Positions 9,067-19,305 of a stretch of 64,000 nucleotides of DNA are shown here, one piece after another (the first letter of the stretch is position 1; each line of letters opens with the position of its first letter). The notes under the pieces are model-generated. The model did not search any database. It saw only the letters and a program-made list of their open reading frames with translations, and was not told where the DNA came from. The DNA lies in assembly GCA_015231705.1 (NCBI GenBank), contig JADGBC010000001.1:4383-68382 (forward strand), written 5' to 3'. A program made the position numbers and the translations under genes. Source of the stretch: Desulfamplus sp. GTDB lineage: Bacteria > Desulfobacterota > Desulfobacteria > Desulfobacterales > Desulfobacteraceae.

Positions 9067-10329
9067 ATGAATGATAAAAAAACGGGTTTAATGGAAATTA
9101 TAAATATCAGTTCTGCAAGATGGCAGACTCAGTTAAAAAATGTTATTCACACACACTCTCAATTATCAGATAGTTTAAATTATAGTTTAAATTATCGCAC
9201 AAGTAACCATATTACAACACACTCTCCTGATATTGATGCCTCTGCTTTGAAAAACTCTATCAACAAAGATATCCTGGAAAAAGTTATTGAAAAATATCCA
9301 ATGCGTATCACCCCATACTATCTTTCACTGATCAGATCTGTAGGGGATGCTATCTGGAAACAGGCTGTGCCTGATGTTTCCGAACTATTGGATACCGTTA
9401 ATATAGATGACCCTCTCCATGAAGAGCCACAATCCCCAGTTCCCTCAATTATCCACAGATATCCTGACAGAGTTATCTTTCTCGTCTCTAACATATGTGC
9501 AATGTACTGCCGTCATTGTATGAGAAAACGCAAAGTTGGAATCAATAATACCTTATCACCAATTAACAGAGTCGACAAATCAACACAGACACACTTTCCA
9601 GATCATTTGTCATATTCACATAATATAAACAACTATGATGAACTTGACTGGACTGATAAGAAAAAAAACTATATCTCCCAGGGACTAAGCTATATTGGAC
9701 AAAATAAAAATATACGGGACGTTATTCTTTCCGGTGGAGATCCTCTGATGTTAAGCACAGAAGATCTTGACAGAATTCTTTTCAGCATAAGACAGTTTGA
9801 CCATGTAGAAACTATAAGGATTCATACAAGAGTTTTGTGCACCCTGCCCTTTAGAATCACCGAAAATCTTGCTTCCGTACTTGAGAAATACCATCCTATT
9901 TACATCAATACACACTTTAACCACCCTGCTGAAATCACCGACGAAGCAGCTACAGCATGCTCAATGCTTGCCCGTGCCGGTATCCCGTTAGGGTGTCAGA
10001 CGGTGCTACTTCGTGGGGTTAATGACACACCTGAAATTATGACCGATCTGATGAGAACACTGATAAAAATCAGAGTAAAACCATACTATCTTCACCACCC
10101 GGATGCAGTTGAAGGGACTGCACACTTCAGACCATCTCTTAAGGTGGGGCTTGGCATAATGAAGGCACTCAGAGGCTCTCTCACCGGCATTGCCATACCT
10201 CAGTATATGATTGATCTTCCTGGAGGCTATGGAAAGGTGCCGATGCTTCCTGATTATATAAAATCAAAAGATGATAACAAAGCCGTAGTAGAAAACTATC
10301 AGGGAAAAACCTGTGAGTACATATTTTAA
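9067..10329 (+). CDS. KamA-family radical SAM/PLP aminomutase (lysine 2,3-aminomutase-like)
   Basis: HRYPDRV, CAMYCRHC (CxxxCxxC), SGGDPL, HFNHP, IDLPGGYGK PLP lysine. Confidence 0.9.
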   Translation: MNDKKTGLMEIINISSARWQTQLKNVIHTHSQLSDSLNYSLNYRTSNHITTHSPDIDASALKNSINKDILEKVIEKYPMRITPYYLSLIRSVGDAIWKQAVPDVSELLDTVNIDDPLHEEPQSPVPSIIHRYPDRVIFLVSNICAMYCRHCMRKRKVGINNTLSPINRVDKSTQTHFPDHLSYSHNINNYDELDWTDKKKNYISQGLSYIGQNKNIRDVILSGGDPLMLSTEDLDRILFSIRQFDHVETIRIHTRVLCTLPFRITENLASVLEKYHPIYINTHFNHPAEITDEAATACSMLARAGIPLGCQTVLLRGVNDTPEIMTDLMRTLIKIRVKPYYLHHPDAVEGTAHFRPSLKVGLGIMKALRGSLTGIAIPQYMIDLPGGYGKVPMLPDYIKSKDDNKAVVENYQGKTCEYIF

Positions 10330-10457
10330 TTTCCTTGACTCGATCGTACAATTATTATATTTGATCAGTATTAATTCAGGCAAGAAGCCTGTTGCTGTGA
10401 AAAAAACTTTATTGAGATATCAATAGCAAAAAATAATCACATAATAATTCTAAATTA

Positions 10458-10515
10458 ACAAAACCACGAAGGTTTGCGTACATGTTTGTGCCGGCTTTAC
10501 GTGGTTTTTTGTTTT
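10458..10515 (+). promoter_or_regulatory. Terminator-like hairpin in the leader of the ECF Ni/Co operon
   Basis: AAAACCACG...CGTGGTTTT stem followed by a T tract, ~80 nt upstream of ATG 10596. Confidence 0.5.
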
Positions 10516-10595
10516 AAACCTAACGTAGAGCAAATACACGACACATAGCCGTAATTTTTAGGCTTTAACCTTTCAAACTACAAGGAATAACAGTT

Positions 10596-11684
10596 ATGCA
10601 TATGGCAGATGCTTTGATCTCTCCGGCAGTTGGAGGAACAATGTGGGCGGTAAGTGCGGGGTTAATTGGACACTGTTCAAAAAAGGTAAAAAATGAGATG
10701 GATGATCAGAAAATACCCTTGATGGGTGTTATGGGAGCCTTTATTTTTGCGGCTCAGATGATCAATTTTACCATACCAGTTACCGGCTCCAGCGGCCATC
10801 TTGGAGGAGGAATGATTCTATCCATTCTTCTTGGACCTCATATTGCTTTTCTCACAATGGCATCAGTGTTGACTGTACAGGCACTTTTTTTTGCGGACGG
10901 AGGGCTTCTTGCATTGGGATGTAATATTTTTAACCTGGGTTTTTTCCCATGTTTTATTGCCTATCCTCTGATTTACAAAAGAATAGCCGGGAAGAACCCA
11001 ACCAGGAAAAATATTTTGACAGGTGCCCTCATAGCAGCCATTGCAGGATTGCAGATGGGTGCTTTTGCTGTCGTTATGGAAACTGTCCTGTCAGGTGTCT
11101 CAGAATTGCCTTTCAGAACATTTCTATTATTGATGCAACCTATACATCTGGCCATTGGTACTGTAGAGGGCTTGACAACAGCGGCAGTGGTCTTTTTTAT
11201 CTGGAGAGCCAGACCTGAAATCCTGAATGCAGCTGCATCTTCTGCCCCTATTGGAGGCATTTCAATAAGGAGTGTCCTGACTGGTATTGCTGTTGCTACC
11301 TTAATAACTGGTGGGACATTAAGCTGGTTTGCCTCATCCAATCCAGACGGTCTTGAGTGGGCAATGTTTAAAACAGCTGGAGTAGAAGAACTTGAAACTT
11401 CTCATAACCTTCATCTCTCATTGTCAGAAGTACAGAAAAAGACCGCTTTTCTGCCGGATTATGGATTCCAATCAGACGGATCAGAGTTGTTACTCAATGA
11501 AAAGGAGAACTCTGAAGAATATGGGGGAACTGCTGCAACAACGGAAGCTAAAAAACATGAAGCTTCATCATGGCCTTCTATTGACTCAGGAACATCTGTT
11601 TCAGGGCTTATAGGAGGGTTACTGACGCTGACTCTGGCTGTTGCAATAGGGTTCATTTTGAGATACAAAAAATCCAACGTTTAA
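10596..11684 (+). CDS. cbiM: ECF Ni/Co transporter S component CbiM/NikM fused to PDGLE domain
   Basis: N-terminal MHMAD metal-binding motif, GSSGHLGGG, ADGG, ASSNPDGLEW. Confidence 0.88.
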   Translation: MHMADALISPAVGGTMWAVSAGLIGHCSKKVKNEMDDQKIPLMGVMGAFIFAAQMINFTIPVTGSSGHLGGGMILSILLGPHIAFLTMASVLTVQALFFADGGLLALGCNIFNLGFFPCFIAYPLIYKRIAGKNPTRKNILTGALIAAIAGLQMGAFAVVMETVLSGVSELPFRTFLLLMQPIHLAIGTVEGLTTAAVVFFIWRARPEILNAAASSAPIGGISIRSVLTGIAVATLITGGTLSWFASSNPDGLEWAMFKTAGVEELETSHNLHLSLSEVQKKTAFLPDYGFQSDGSELLLNEKENSEEYGGTAATTEAKKHEASSWPSIDSGTSVSGLIGGLLTLTLAVAIGFILRYKKSNV

Positions 11685-11692
11685 AAATAGAT

Positions 11693-12592
11693 ATGGCAAA
11701 TCTTCAAAACAATCTGTTCGATATATTTTATATGGATACCCTTGCATCAGGAGAGACCTGGCTACACAGGCTAGATCCTAGGGCAAAGGTACTGACAACC
11801 CTGATCTTTGTTGGGACAGTGGTATCCTGCGGAAAATATGAAATTTCGATGTTAATTCCATTTACACTGTATCCTGTTGCTATAGTCGCTTTGGCAAATC
11901 TTCCGGTTCTATATATTATTAAAAAAATGACTCTACTCATGCCTTTTGCATTTTTTATAGGAATATTCAATCCTATTATGGACAGAGCTGTTATTTTAAA
12001 AATAGATTTAACAGACATTTTTGTATGGATGGACAGTATTGGTTTGAACAATCTCATGGGGTTAATTGACATTATCGGGCTGAAGGGTATAGTGGGAACC
12101 ATTGATGTCAGTGGAGGATGGATTTCATTTTTTTCTATCATGATGCGTTTCTGTCTGACTGTAGGGGCCGCACTGATACTGATATGCACCACTGGTTTTG
12201 ACTCTGTCTGTATGGCACTTCAAAAATTTGGAGTGCCGAGCCCTTTCATTGCTCAACTTATGTTTTTATACCGATATATGTTTGTGCTTATTGACGAAGC
12301 ATCCCGAATGGTAAGGGCAAGAGCCCTACGCACTTTTGACACCGGGCATATGAAGCTCGACCTTTTTGCACCCATGATCGGCCAATTGCTACTGAGAACT
12401 CTGGATCGTGCACAGAGGATTCATCTTGCCATGTGCTGTCGAGGATTTGACGGCCATATTCATATGGTGAGAAAAATGGATTTAGGTATGTCGGAGATAC
12501 TTTTTACTATTGGATGGTTCTTTGCGTTTGTTATATTCCGAATGTATAATATTCCTATAGGGCTTGGCAAATTTCTTTCGGAGATTCTCTGA
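11693..12592 (+). CDS. cbiQ: ECF transporter T component CbiQ/NikQ
   Basis: LDPRAK, YRY..LIDEASRM..AR..R, AMCCRGFDG. Confidence 0.9.
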   Translation: MANLQNNLFDIFYMDTLASGETWLHRLDPRAKVLTTLIFVGTVVSCGKYEISMLIPFTLYPVAIVALANLPVLYIIKKMTLLMPFAFFIGIFNPIMDRAVILKIDLTDIFVWMDSIGLNNLMGLIDIIGLKGIVGTIDVSGGWISFFSIMMRFCLTVGAALILICTTGFDSVCMALQKFGVPSPFIAQLMFLYRYMFVLIDEASRMVRARALRTFDTGHMKLDLFAPMIGQLLLRTLDRAQRIHLAMCCRGFDGHIHMVRKMDLGMSEILFTIGWFFAFVIFRMYNIPIGLGKFLSEIL

Positions 12593-13365
12593 TGAGCCAC
12601 CACATTGTTCAAGCCGACAATTTACACTATACATATCCAGATGGTACATTAGGATTAGATAACATCAATTTCAAGATTCATCATGGAGAGTCTGTAGCAT
12701 TGGTGGGCTCAAACGGGGCTGGAAAATCAACTCTGCTGCTACATCTCATCGGCTGCCTTACACCCACCAGAGGAGATATCAGAATTGGGGATTACCCTCT
12801 AAACAAAAAAAATCTGAAGTCTATCCGTAGATCTGTCGGCATGGTATTCCAAGATCCAGATGACCAGCTTTTTATGCCGACAGTATTTGATGATGTGGCT
12901 TTTGGCCCAATCAACCTGGGGTTACCTGAGGCAGAGATTGAAAAACGAGTCACAGCTGCACTTGAGACTGTGGGAGTGCCTCATCTTATCAAAAGATCGC
13001 CCCAAAAACTCTCAGGAGGAGAAAAACGCTCTGTTGCCATTGCAACAGTTCTTGCCACCACACCGGACATTCTTATTATGGATGAACCCTCATCGAATCT
13101 GGATCCAGCTTCACGCAGAAGGCTCATTCATCTTCTCAAAACATTTACACATACCAAAATAATTGCAACCCACGATTTGGATATGGCTCTTGAGATTTGT
13201 GGACGCACAATAGTACTAAACAATGGTAAAATTGTTGCTGATGGGCAGACAATACAGCTGTTTCAGGATGTGAAACTGCTGGAGATGAGCGGACTTGAAA
13301 AACCTCTAACAATGCAGGGATGCCCCGTATGCTCAAAGGAGCACCCCCCTGTTATCGCCAGATAA
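12592..13365 (+). CDS. cbiO: ECF transporter ATPase CbiO/NikO
   Basis: GSNGAGKST Walker [19 protein letters not shown]. Confidence 0.92.
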   Translation: MSHHIVQADNLHYTYPDGTLGLDNINFKIHHGESVALVGSNGAGKSTLLLHLIGCLTPTRGDIRIGDYPLNKKNLKSIRRSVGMVFQDPDDQLFMPTVFDDVAFGPINLGLPEAEIEKRVTAALETVGVPHLIKRSPQKLSGGEKRSVAIATVLATTPDILIMDEPSSNLDPASRRRLIHLLKTFTHTKIIATHDLDMALEICGRTIVLNNGKIVADGQTIQLFQDVKLLEMSGLEKPLTMQGCPVCSKEHPPVIAR

Positions 13366-13375
13366 AGCCTCGCCG

Positions 13376-13747
13376 TTATCTGTTTCTAATTCTTATATTG
13401 ATAATTTTACCGGATTTATCAAGATAGGCAGTACCCACAGCAATTTCCCGACCAGATGATTTGCTCACGATTACAACCTCTTCCTCAAATGTCATTCCTG
13501 TGAATTGTTTTTCATCAGCTTGCTTGTTTGATATCTCTTCAGAGACTGAAGAATCATTTTCTGATAGATTTTTCCTGGAGGGATTTTGTTGAGCCGCTTT
13601 GTCGTACCTTGCTTTGTTTCTGTCTGCTATCATATTACTTACAGTGGAGTAGTCCCCTTTTTCACCTTCATCACCACCGCATCCGGCGATAAGAATCAAA
13701 ATGAATACAAATAAGAGAAAGTTCATTTTTTTTTTATTTATCTTCAT
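13376..13747 (-). CDS. Hypothetical lipoprotein
   Basis: Lipobox LIAGC after a hydrophobic signal; RBS GGAG upstream. Confidence 0.7.
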   Translation of the reverse strand: MKINKKKMNFLLFVFILILIAGCGGDEGEKGDYSTVSNMIADRNKARYDKAAQQNPSRKNLSENDSSVSEEISNKQADEKQFTGMTFEEEVVIVSKSSGREIAVGTAYLDKSGKIINIRIRNR

Positions 13748-13935
13748 ATATCTGATCCTGTCTCCTCCCGACCAGCTTATTATTACTGCTTTTTCAAGTT
13801 TAAAGTGTTCGGATGTATTTTTAGGAGATTTAATGTTTCGAGTGGTTTTCTACCCGACAGTTAAACCTTTAAAGAACACTACTATGGACAAATAGAACTC
13901 AACATATTCATACGATAGGCAATAGATCCAAAATT

Positions 13936-14253
13936 CTACTGAGCTTTTTCAATTTTAAATCGTCTGTTAAGTCTCATAGTACTAAAAAGGCCATAAATGT
14001 CATTGGAAACATTTATAATTTCAAGGGTATTTCCTTTTTGGATCAATGTATTGTGAGCAGCAATAATAACACCAAGCCCCACGGAATCAACCATATCTAC
14101 ACCAGCAAGATCAATCACCAAATTACCATCATGTGTGTGGATTGCAGACAGAAGCTCTTTTTTAAAATCCTCTGCCATTGATGCAACAACGCTCATACCT
14201 GGTATTATGATAGTACTGTCACCTTCTCTGATCACTTCACTCATTATTGTCAT
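13936..14253 (-). CDS. STAS-domain anti-sigma factor antagonist
   Basis: IDLAGVDMVDSVGLG STAS motif; AGGAG RBS. Confidence 0.88.
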   Translation of the reverse strand: MTIMSEVIREGDSTIIIPGMSVVASMAEDFKKELLSAIHTHDGNLVIDLAGVDMVDSVGLGVIIAAHNTLIQKGNTLEIINVSNDIYGLFSTMRLNRRFKIEKAQ

Positions 14254-14352
14254 CTCTCCTGTGGTAAAAAGTTTATTATAAAATATCCTCATTTTCAGCA
14301 GTACAAAATTATCATTGACTGACTTTATGATACTGATTAATTAAGATTATCA

Positions 14353-14379
14353 TTATCGGCAATAGTTATCAAGAATGAG
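14353..14379 (-). promoter_or_regulatory. Possible sigma28 (FliA) promoter
   Basis: Perfect GCCGATAA -10 but weak -35 (CTCA, N15). Confidence 0.35.
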
Positions 14380-14631
14380 TGCATTATTTTTTTGTAAAAA
14401 TAACTAAGAGCAGAATAAGATCGTGAAAAATAATTTATAGAAATCAACTGCAGTTAGAATCAACTTGTGATAATTTACAAAGCTGCTATTATTAAATTTG
14501 TCACCATCATTAAACAAGAGAAATCTGCCAATTTGACACCTATCTAAAGATACTGATATAAAGACCATGCTTCTACCAGATACAAAAAAACATTAAAACA
14601 TTAATCTAATCAAAAATAACTCCTGACTGAA

Positions 14632-14672
14632 CCTTCATGCCTGTTACGGGGCCACAACCCCCAAGCATCAAC
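14632..14672 (-). repeat. Degenerate family 2 palindromic element
   Basis: Minus strand gttgatgcttgggggttgtggccccgtaacaggcatgaagg. Confidence 0.45.
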
Positions 14673-14712
14673 ACCATGATGTGTTTTTATGGTAAAGCAC
14701 AGGGTATAGCAA

Positions 14713-17700
14713 ATGAAAAATAACAGAAATCTAATTGTTCTAAAAAAGATAGCCATAACAGGTGGATGTATCGCAGGGACTCTTATAATACTCACACTTG
14801 TGTGCTTATCTGCCCTGTTCTTTTATATTCACTCCGACAATTTCAGCAAACTTATACAAAGTCAGATAAATCAAAAAATTCCAGGTAAAATGGAGTGGGA
14901 AAAACTTTATTTTTCCATGAAGACTGGTGAGGTAACTCTTGATAACTACAAGCTGTCACTAAATGAAGAGGTGATTGCATCAGTTGAAAAAGTTCATATA
15001 GCACTTGATATAGCAAATTTTGTAAGGTCATTTGATCTTTCAACAATTATTGATTCATCAGTTTTTTTAACAACTAAAAATTCTTCTGGTGTCTCAAGAA
15101 TGGAAAATCTTTCTGACTCTACAAAATTTTCTGACTCTTCAAAAAAAGTCAGACATGAGCTGGCTATCAATACTATATTAATTGAAAAACCATATATAAA
15201 TCTTGTTATGCAACAAGACCATAGACTAAATATTCTCTCAGCCTTCCCTGTCCGAAAGGATGAACCAGAGAGCCAAGAAGATAAAAATATAAACTTCAAG
15301 ATGCCTTTTGATGTGGCGATTAATGACATCAAGCTGAATCAAGGCAAATTTAAATACAGATCTCTTGAAGATAATCAGCCTCAAAACAAAAAGAATCAGC
15401 CTCAGAATAAAGAGGGTCAGACTAAGAACGAAGAGAATCAAAATGCTCGGGATAAGGTTCAAGGTCAAAATAAAACTGACAACGCTTCTGGATCAAGCAA
15501 TCTTGCCATACTTATTGAAGATATAAATTTTAAAGGCAGTGCCAACCTTGCAGAGAAATCCGATTTAGGCTTTACCCTTTCAATGAAATCTGCCGGTGGA
15601 GATCTTGCCATAGGCGGAACAGTGAAAAATATTCTCTTGGAAGCAGATCCAATATTTGATCTGACTTGCAATTCACACATTATAATGGCAGATCTTATGA
15701 ATATGCTGGGAGTTGATGAACAAACCGTAAGTGGCAATCTATCCATCCGTGCGGCTTTGTCCGGCAACCTTAATGATCCATCAATTTCATGTCAGATTTC
15801 ATACCCTTACGGAACAATCAAACAAGAGGAAACAGTCAGAAACAATACTCATTCAGTTGCAAAGAGAGTTGATGAGAAAAAGTCTGATCCAAAACTTTTG
15901 GATAGTCATAATCTTAATGCAAATAATATATCCAACACAAAAAGCAAAAAAACTGATGCCCAAATTATGGGAAGGATTATAAAAAAAGCTATACTTGATA
16001 TTGTGATGGATAAAAGAGAGTTAACTGTAAATAGTCTTGAGATTGAACATCCTGATGCCACATTAAAGGCAACAGGCCAGATATCTCTGGCACAGGCATT
16101 TCCCGATGGTTTTGCAAAACTTGAAAAAAAAGATATTAAGAAGATAAGAGGCAAACTTTATATTAACGGAGAAAATATAGACGCGGGCAGACTTCTTGAG
16201 TCAGAAAACATAAAAGGGGTTCAAGGGATTACCTCTTTTAAAACAGAGATCTCTGGAAGTTTAAATAATCCTGAAATAGGGCTCATTCTTAAAGCAGAAA
16301 ATGCAGGATATCTGGACTATCCGGTCGTGGACAGTGCATCCTTTGACCTTGCACTGTCAGACGGAGTTGTAAATATCAAAAAGATTGATCTGTTATCATG
16401 CGATTCATCAGTGATTCTTGACGGGACAATAAAGGTTCTTGAAAAAGAAAATGTTTCTGAAAAAAAGAGAGTTTCTGAAAATGAAAAGAGCTCTGAAGAA
16501 GATAAGATAGGTGGAGAAGATAAGGTTTCTGGAAAAGAGAAAGGCAATATCGGAGATGAGAACCTTTCTGAAAAAAAGAAAGCCAATATCAAATTCAAAC
16601 TCATGGAACTGCCTGTTTTTGATATCTCTGCCAATTCCAAAAAGATTAATCTCACTGAGGTTTTGCGTCAACTGAATCTCCTTCAGGATCAAAATATTAA
16701 AGCAACCCTTGGTGCCAAATCACATCTTTCCGGAACTCTGAAAAACCCCAAGGTTGTTTTAAATATCAATGGAAAAAATATTTCAGCAGCGGGACAGGAT
16801 TTTGAAACGGTCAATCTAAAGGCCGGCTATGAGAACCATAAAACTGTGGTGGATTCCCTTACAGTCTCTCTGGCCTCTGATTCTGGTGGTAATGCAGGAA
16901 GACAATCTTCATCTGACAGTAAGACTCGTGGTAACTCAGGAAAAGGATCTTCCTCTGATAGCAAGATTCTTTCTTACAGGTCAAATTCTTCTGCCTCCGA
17001 CAATACCCTTGAGTTAAAGGGGTGGATAGATCAGAATCAGAAAATGAAGTTTGACCTCTTCTGCGGGGGGATTGATCTGTCTGTAATTCAATCTGTAAAG
17101 CAATCAGGTGTCATTCAAGGCATTGCCTCATGCTCTGTTTCTGCTGAGGGATCTCTCAAGTCGCTTGAATCGTCAACAGTCAAAGGAGATGTTGCATTAA
17201 AGCGGGTCAAAATAATAGATAAGCCTTTTGAAAATTTTGCCGCAAAAGTTAACTTTAAAAACAACCTCATAACTGTTAATGGAAAATTGAACTTTGATAT
17301 AGATGCAAATTTCAATACTAAATCAAAAGATTTTTCTGTTCAGGCTATTTTTAAAAGGACAGATCTTACCCCGTGGGTAATTTTTGCCGGCATCAAGCAG
17401 ATCCAAAGTGGTACGGTAACTGGTAACATAGACATCAAAGGAAATGTGGGTCATATAGAACAGATTTCAGGAAACTGCAATTTGAGCGAAATATCTTTGA
17501 ATATCTTTAAAGACCCCAGAATCTTTATCAATGATTCAGATGAGTTGTGGATCAGAGCAAAAAATATGAGGGTCTGGATTGATGGCAAAAAATTCAGGAT
17601 AGACAAATTCAGAACCCTGCTGCCGGAAAAAGGAGAAGTTGCTCTTGCGGCTTCCGGTCAGATAGGAGGGGATATAAAAGCCCAAGCCGATGCTACGTTG

Positions 17701-19065
17701 CCAGTCAAATTTGCCTCGTTATTTTTAGCGGATATGCCTTTAATGAAGGGCTCTGTAAAGCTAAATGTCATGGCAGATTTAAAATCTGATACAGATCTCA
17801 CAAATTCTAACATGGATGCAAAACTTGAGCTTGTTGGTATAGATGTGATGCTACCTGACTTAGCAGGCAATGTAAAGATTCACGACATAAATGGCACAAT
17901 AATAGCGGATATCAATAAAATTGAGATACCGCAAATTACAGGCCTGATAACTTCCGGTCTCAATCAGAGCGTCTCAAAATCTGCTGTTCAAGGCTCTAAA
18001 GTCATAGCAAAGAGTTCAGGCAAAAAATCAGGTCAATTCAAATTAAGTGGCCAATCCAAGCTGATTGATTTCATTCCTCATGATATTCAGGCTAAACTGA
18101 CTGCAAAAGATATTTCTCTAAATATGATTGAGGATCTCTCAGCCGGATTTGATACGGACTTAAGCTTTAAAGGAAACCCGGAGGCTTCAACTCTTTCTGG
18201 CAATGTGCTTATTACACATGCCCAATGGACAAGAGATATACATGTGGAAAAAAACATTTTTTCATCATTGACAGACAAAAAAAGGGTCAGAAAAGAGGTA
18301 CCGCAAAAAAAAGAGTCAAATCGATTTCTTGAGAACATGAAATTAAATATTGCTGTCAAGGGGAAAAAACCGATCATTGTGGATAACAACCTGGCATATA
18401 TGAAAATTCGCCCTGATATAAGGGTTCGTGGAACAGCTTCTTCTCCTGTAGTATCAGGTCGATCGGAAATCAATCCTGGCACAATCACCTATCAATCCAC
18501 TGAATTTACTCTGACGCGAGGCATTATTTATTTTATAAACCCCTATAAAATTGAACCAGACCTTGATATTGAATCACACCGTAAAATTCGCAACTGGGAT
18601 ATTCTTCTTGCAGTATCAGGTACACCACAGAATCTGAAATTCAAACTCACGTCCGATCCAAGGCTGGAGGATGGTGACATCATCTCTCTTCTGCTCAGGG
18701 GGAAAACAGTAACCGAGTTGATTAGTTCAGAAGGCGGAACTACCTTTTCCGCTGCCGGAATGCTCTCCCAGGTCGCCTCTTCAGCAGTAAGCGATCGTGT
18801 CAAATCAGCCACAGGGCTTGATATTTTTGAGTTGGGGTTTGGCAACAATACAGATGATAATGGATTGGGAGATATGAATCTTACTGTTGGCAAAGAGATT
18901 ACCGACAAGATTACGGTTAAATATGGGACAGAGACAAAAGATGGGGTAATGGTTGGCAAAACATCGGCTGAATACAAAGTTATGGACAATGTTTCTCTCA
19001 GCGGATTTCAAAATTCCGAGGGTCAGTTTGGCGGTGAAGTTAGATACAGGCTGGAGTTCAGGTAA
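14713..19065 (+). CDS. tamB: Translocation and assembly module TamB (AsmA-like, DUF490)
   Basis: N-terminal TM anchor, repeated SG.L..P beta-taco units, C-terminal DUF490 (SDPRLEDGDIISLLLRG...YRLEFR). Confidence 0.85.
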   Translation: MKNNRNLIVLKKIAITGGCIAGTLIILTLVCLSALFFYIHSDNFSKLIQSQINQKIPGKMEWEKLYFSMKTGEVTLDNYKLSLNEEVIASVEKVHIALDIANFVRSFDLSTIIDSSVFLTTKNSSGVSRMENLSDSTKFSDSSKKVRHELAINTILIEKPYINLVMQQDHRLNILSAFPVRKDEPESQEDKNINFKMPFDVAINDIKLNQGKFKYRSLEDNQPQNKKNQPQNKEGQTKNEENQNARDKVQGQNKTDNASGSSNLAILIEDINFKGSANLAEKSDLGFTLSMKSAGGDLAIGGTVKNILLEADPIFDLTCNSHIIMADLMNMLGVDEQTVSGNLSIRAALSGNLNDPSISCQISYPYGTIKQEETVRNNTHSVAKRVDEKKSDPKLLDSHNLNANNISNTKSKKTDAQIMGRIIKKAILDIVMDKRELTVNSLEIEHPDATLKATGQISLAQAFPDGFAKLEKKDIKKIRGKLYINGENIDAGRLLESENIKGVQGITSFKTEISGSLNNPEIGLILKAENAGYLDYPVVDSASFDLALSDGVVNIKKIDLLSCDSSVILDGTIKVLEKENVSEKKRVSENEKSSEEDKIGGEDKVSGKEKGNIGDENLSEKKKANIKFKLMELPVFDISANSKKINLTEVLRQLNLLQDQNIKATLGAKSHLSGTLKNPKVVLNINGKNISAAGQDFETVNLKAGYENHKTVVDSLTVSLASDSGGNAGRQSSSDSKTRGNSGKGSSSDSKILSYRSNSSASDNTLELKGWIDQNQKMKFDLFCGGIDLSVIQSVKQSGVIQGIASCSVSAEGSLKSLESSTVKGDVALKRVKIIDKPFENFAAKVNFKNNLITVNGKLNFDIDANFNTKSKDFSVQAIFKRTDLTPWVIFAGIKQIQSGTVTGNIDIKGNVGHIEQISGNCNLSEISLNIFKDPRIFINDSDELWIRAKNMRVWIDGKKFRIDKFRTLLPEKGEVALAASGQIGGDIKAQADATLPVKFASLFLADMPLMKGSVKLNVMADLKSDTDLTNSNMDAKLELVGIDVMLPDLAGNVKIHDINGTIIADINKIEIPQITGLITSGLNQSVSKSAVQGSKVIAKSSGKKSGQFKLSGQSKLIDFIPHDIQAKLTAKDISLNMIEDLSAGFDTDLSFKGNPEASTLSGNVLITHAQWTRDIHVEKNIFSSLTDKKRVRKEVPQKKESNRFLENMKLNIAVKGKKPIIVDNNLAYMKIRPDIRVRGTASSPVVSGRSEINPGTITYQSTEFTLTRGIIYFINPYKIEPDLDIESHRKIRNWDILLAVSGTPQNLKFKLTSDPRLEDGDIISLLLRGKTVTELISSEGGTTFSAAGMLSQVASSAVSDRVKSATGLDIFELGFGNNTDDNGLGDMNLTVGKEITDKITVKYGTETKDGVMVGKTSAEYKVMDNVSLSGFQNSEGQFGGEVRYRLEFR

Positions 19066-19305
19066 ATCAGTAAAGAGATAAAATGGTTGACAACAAGGAT
19101 GTCTGCCGAAAAAAATCACCATCTCCCCTCTGCTCTGTCTATAGATTTCCAGAAAAGTATTTTAGTGAGATCTGCCCATTGCCAGTGGTCTCGGACAGCA
19201 TTTCCGCCAATTTAATTATCTGGAAAACTATATATTGGCGACTGTGTTGGCAGGCATCTAATTTCTTGCTAACAGCCTAAAAACAAAACAACGAGGCTAC
19301 CCAAG

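Noticed and set aside
10330-10595. Cobalamin or NiCo riboswitch
   Set aside because: Conserved cores of these riboswitches were not recognisable by eye
14620-14712. 6S RNA or c-di-GMP riboswitch upstream of tamB
   Set aside because: No matching consensus; better explained as a degenerate family 2 element
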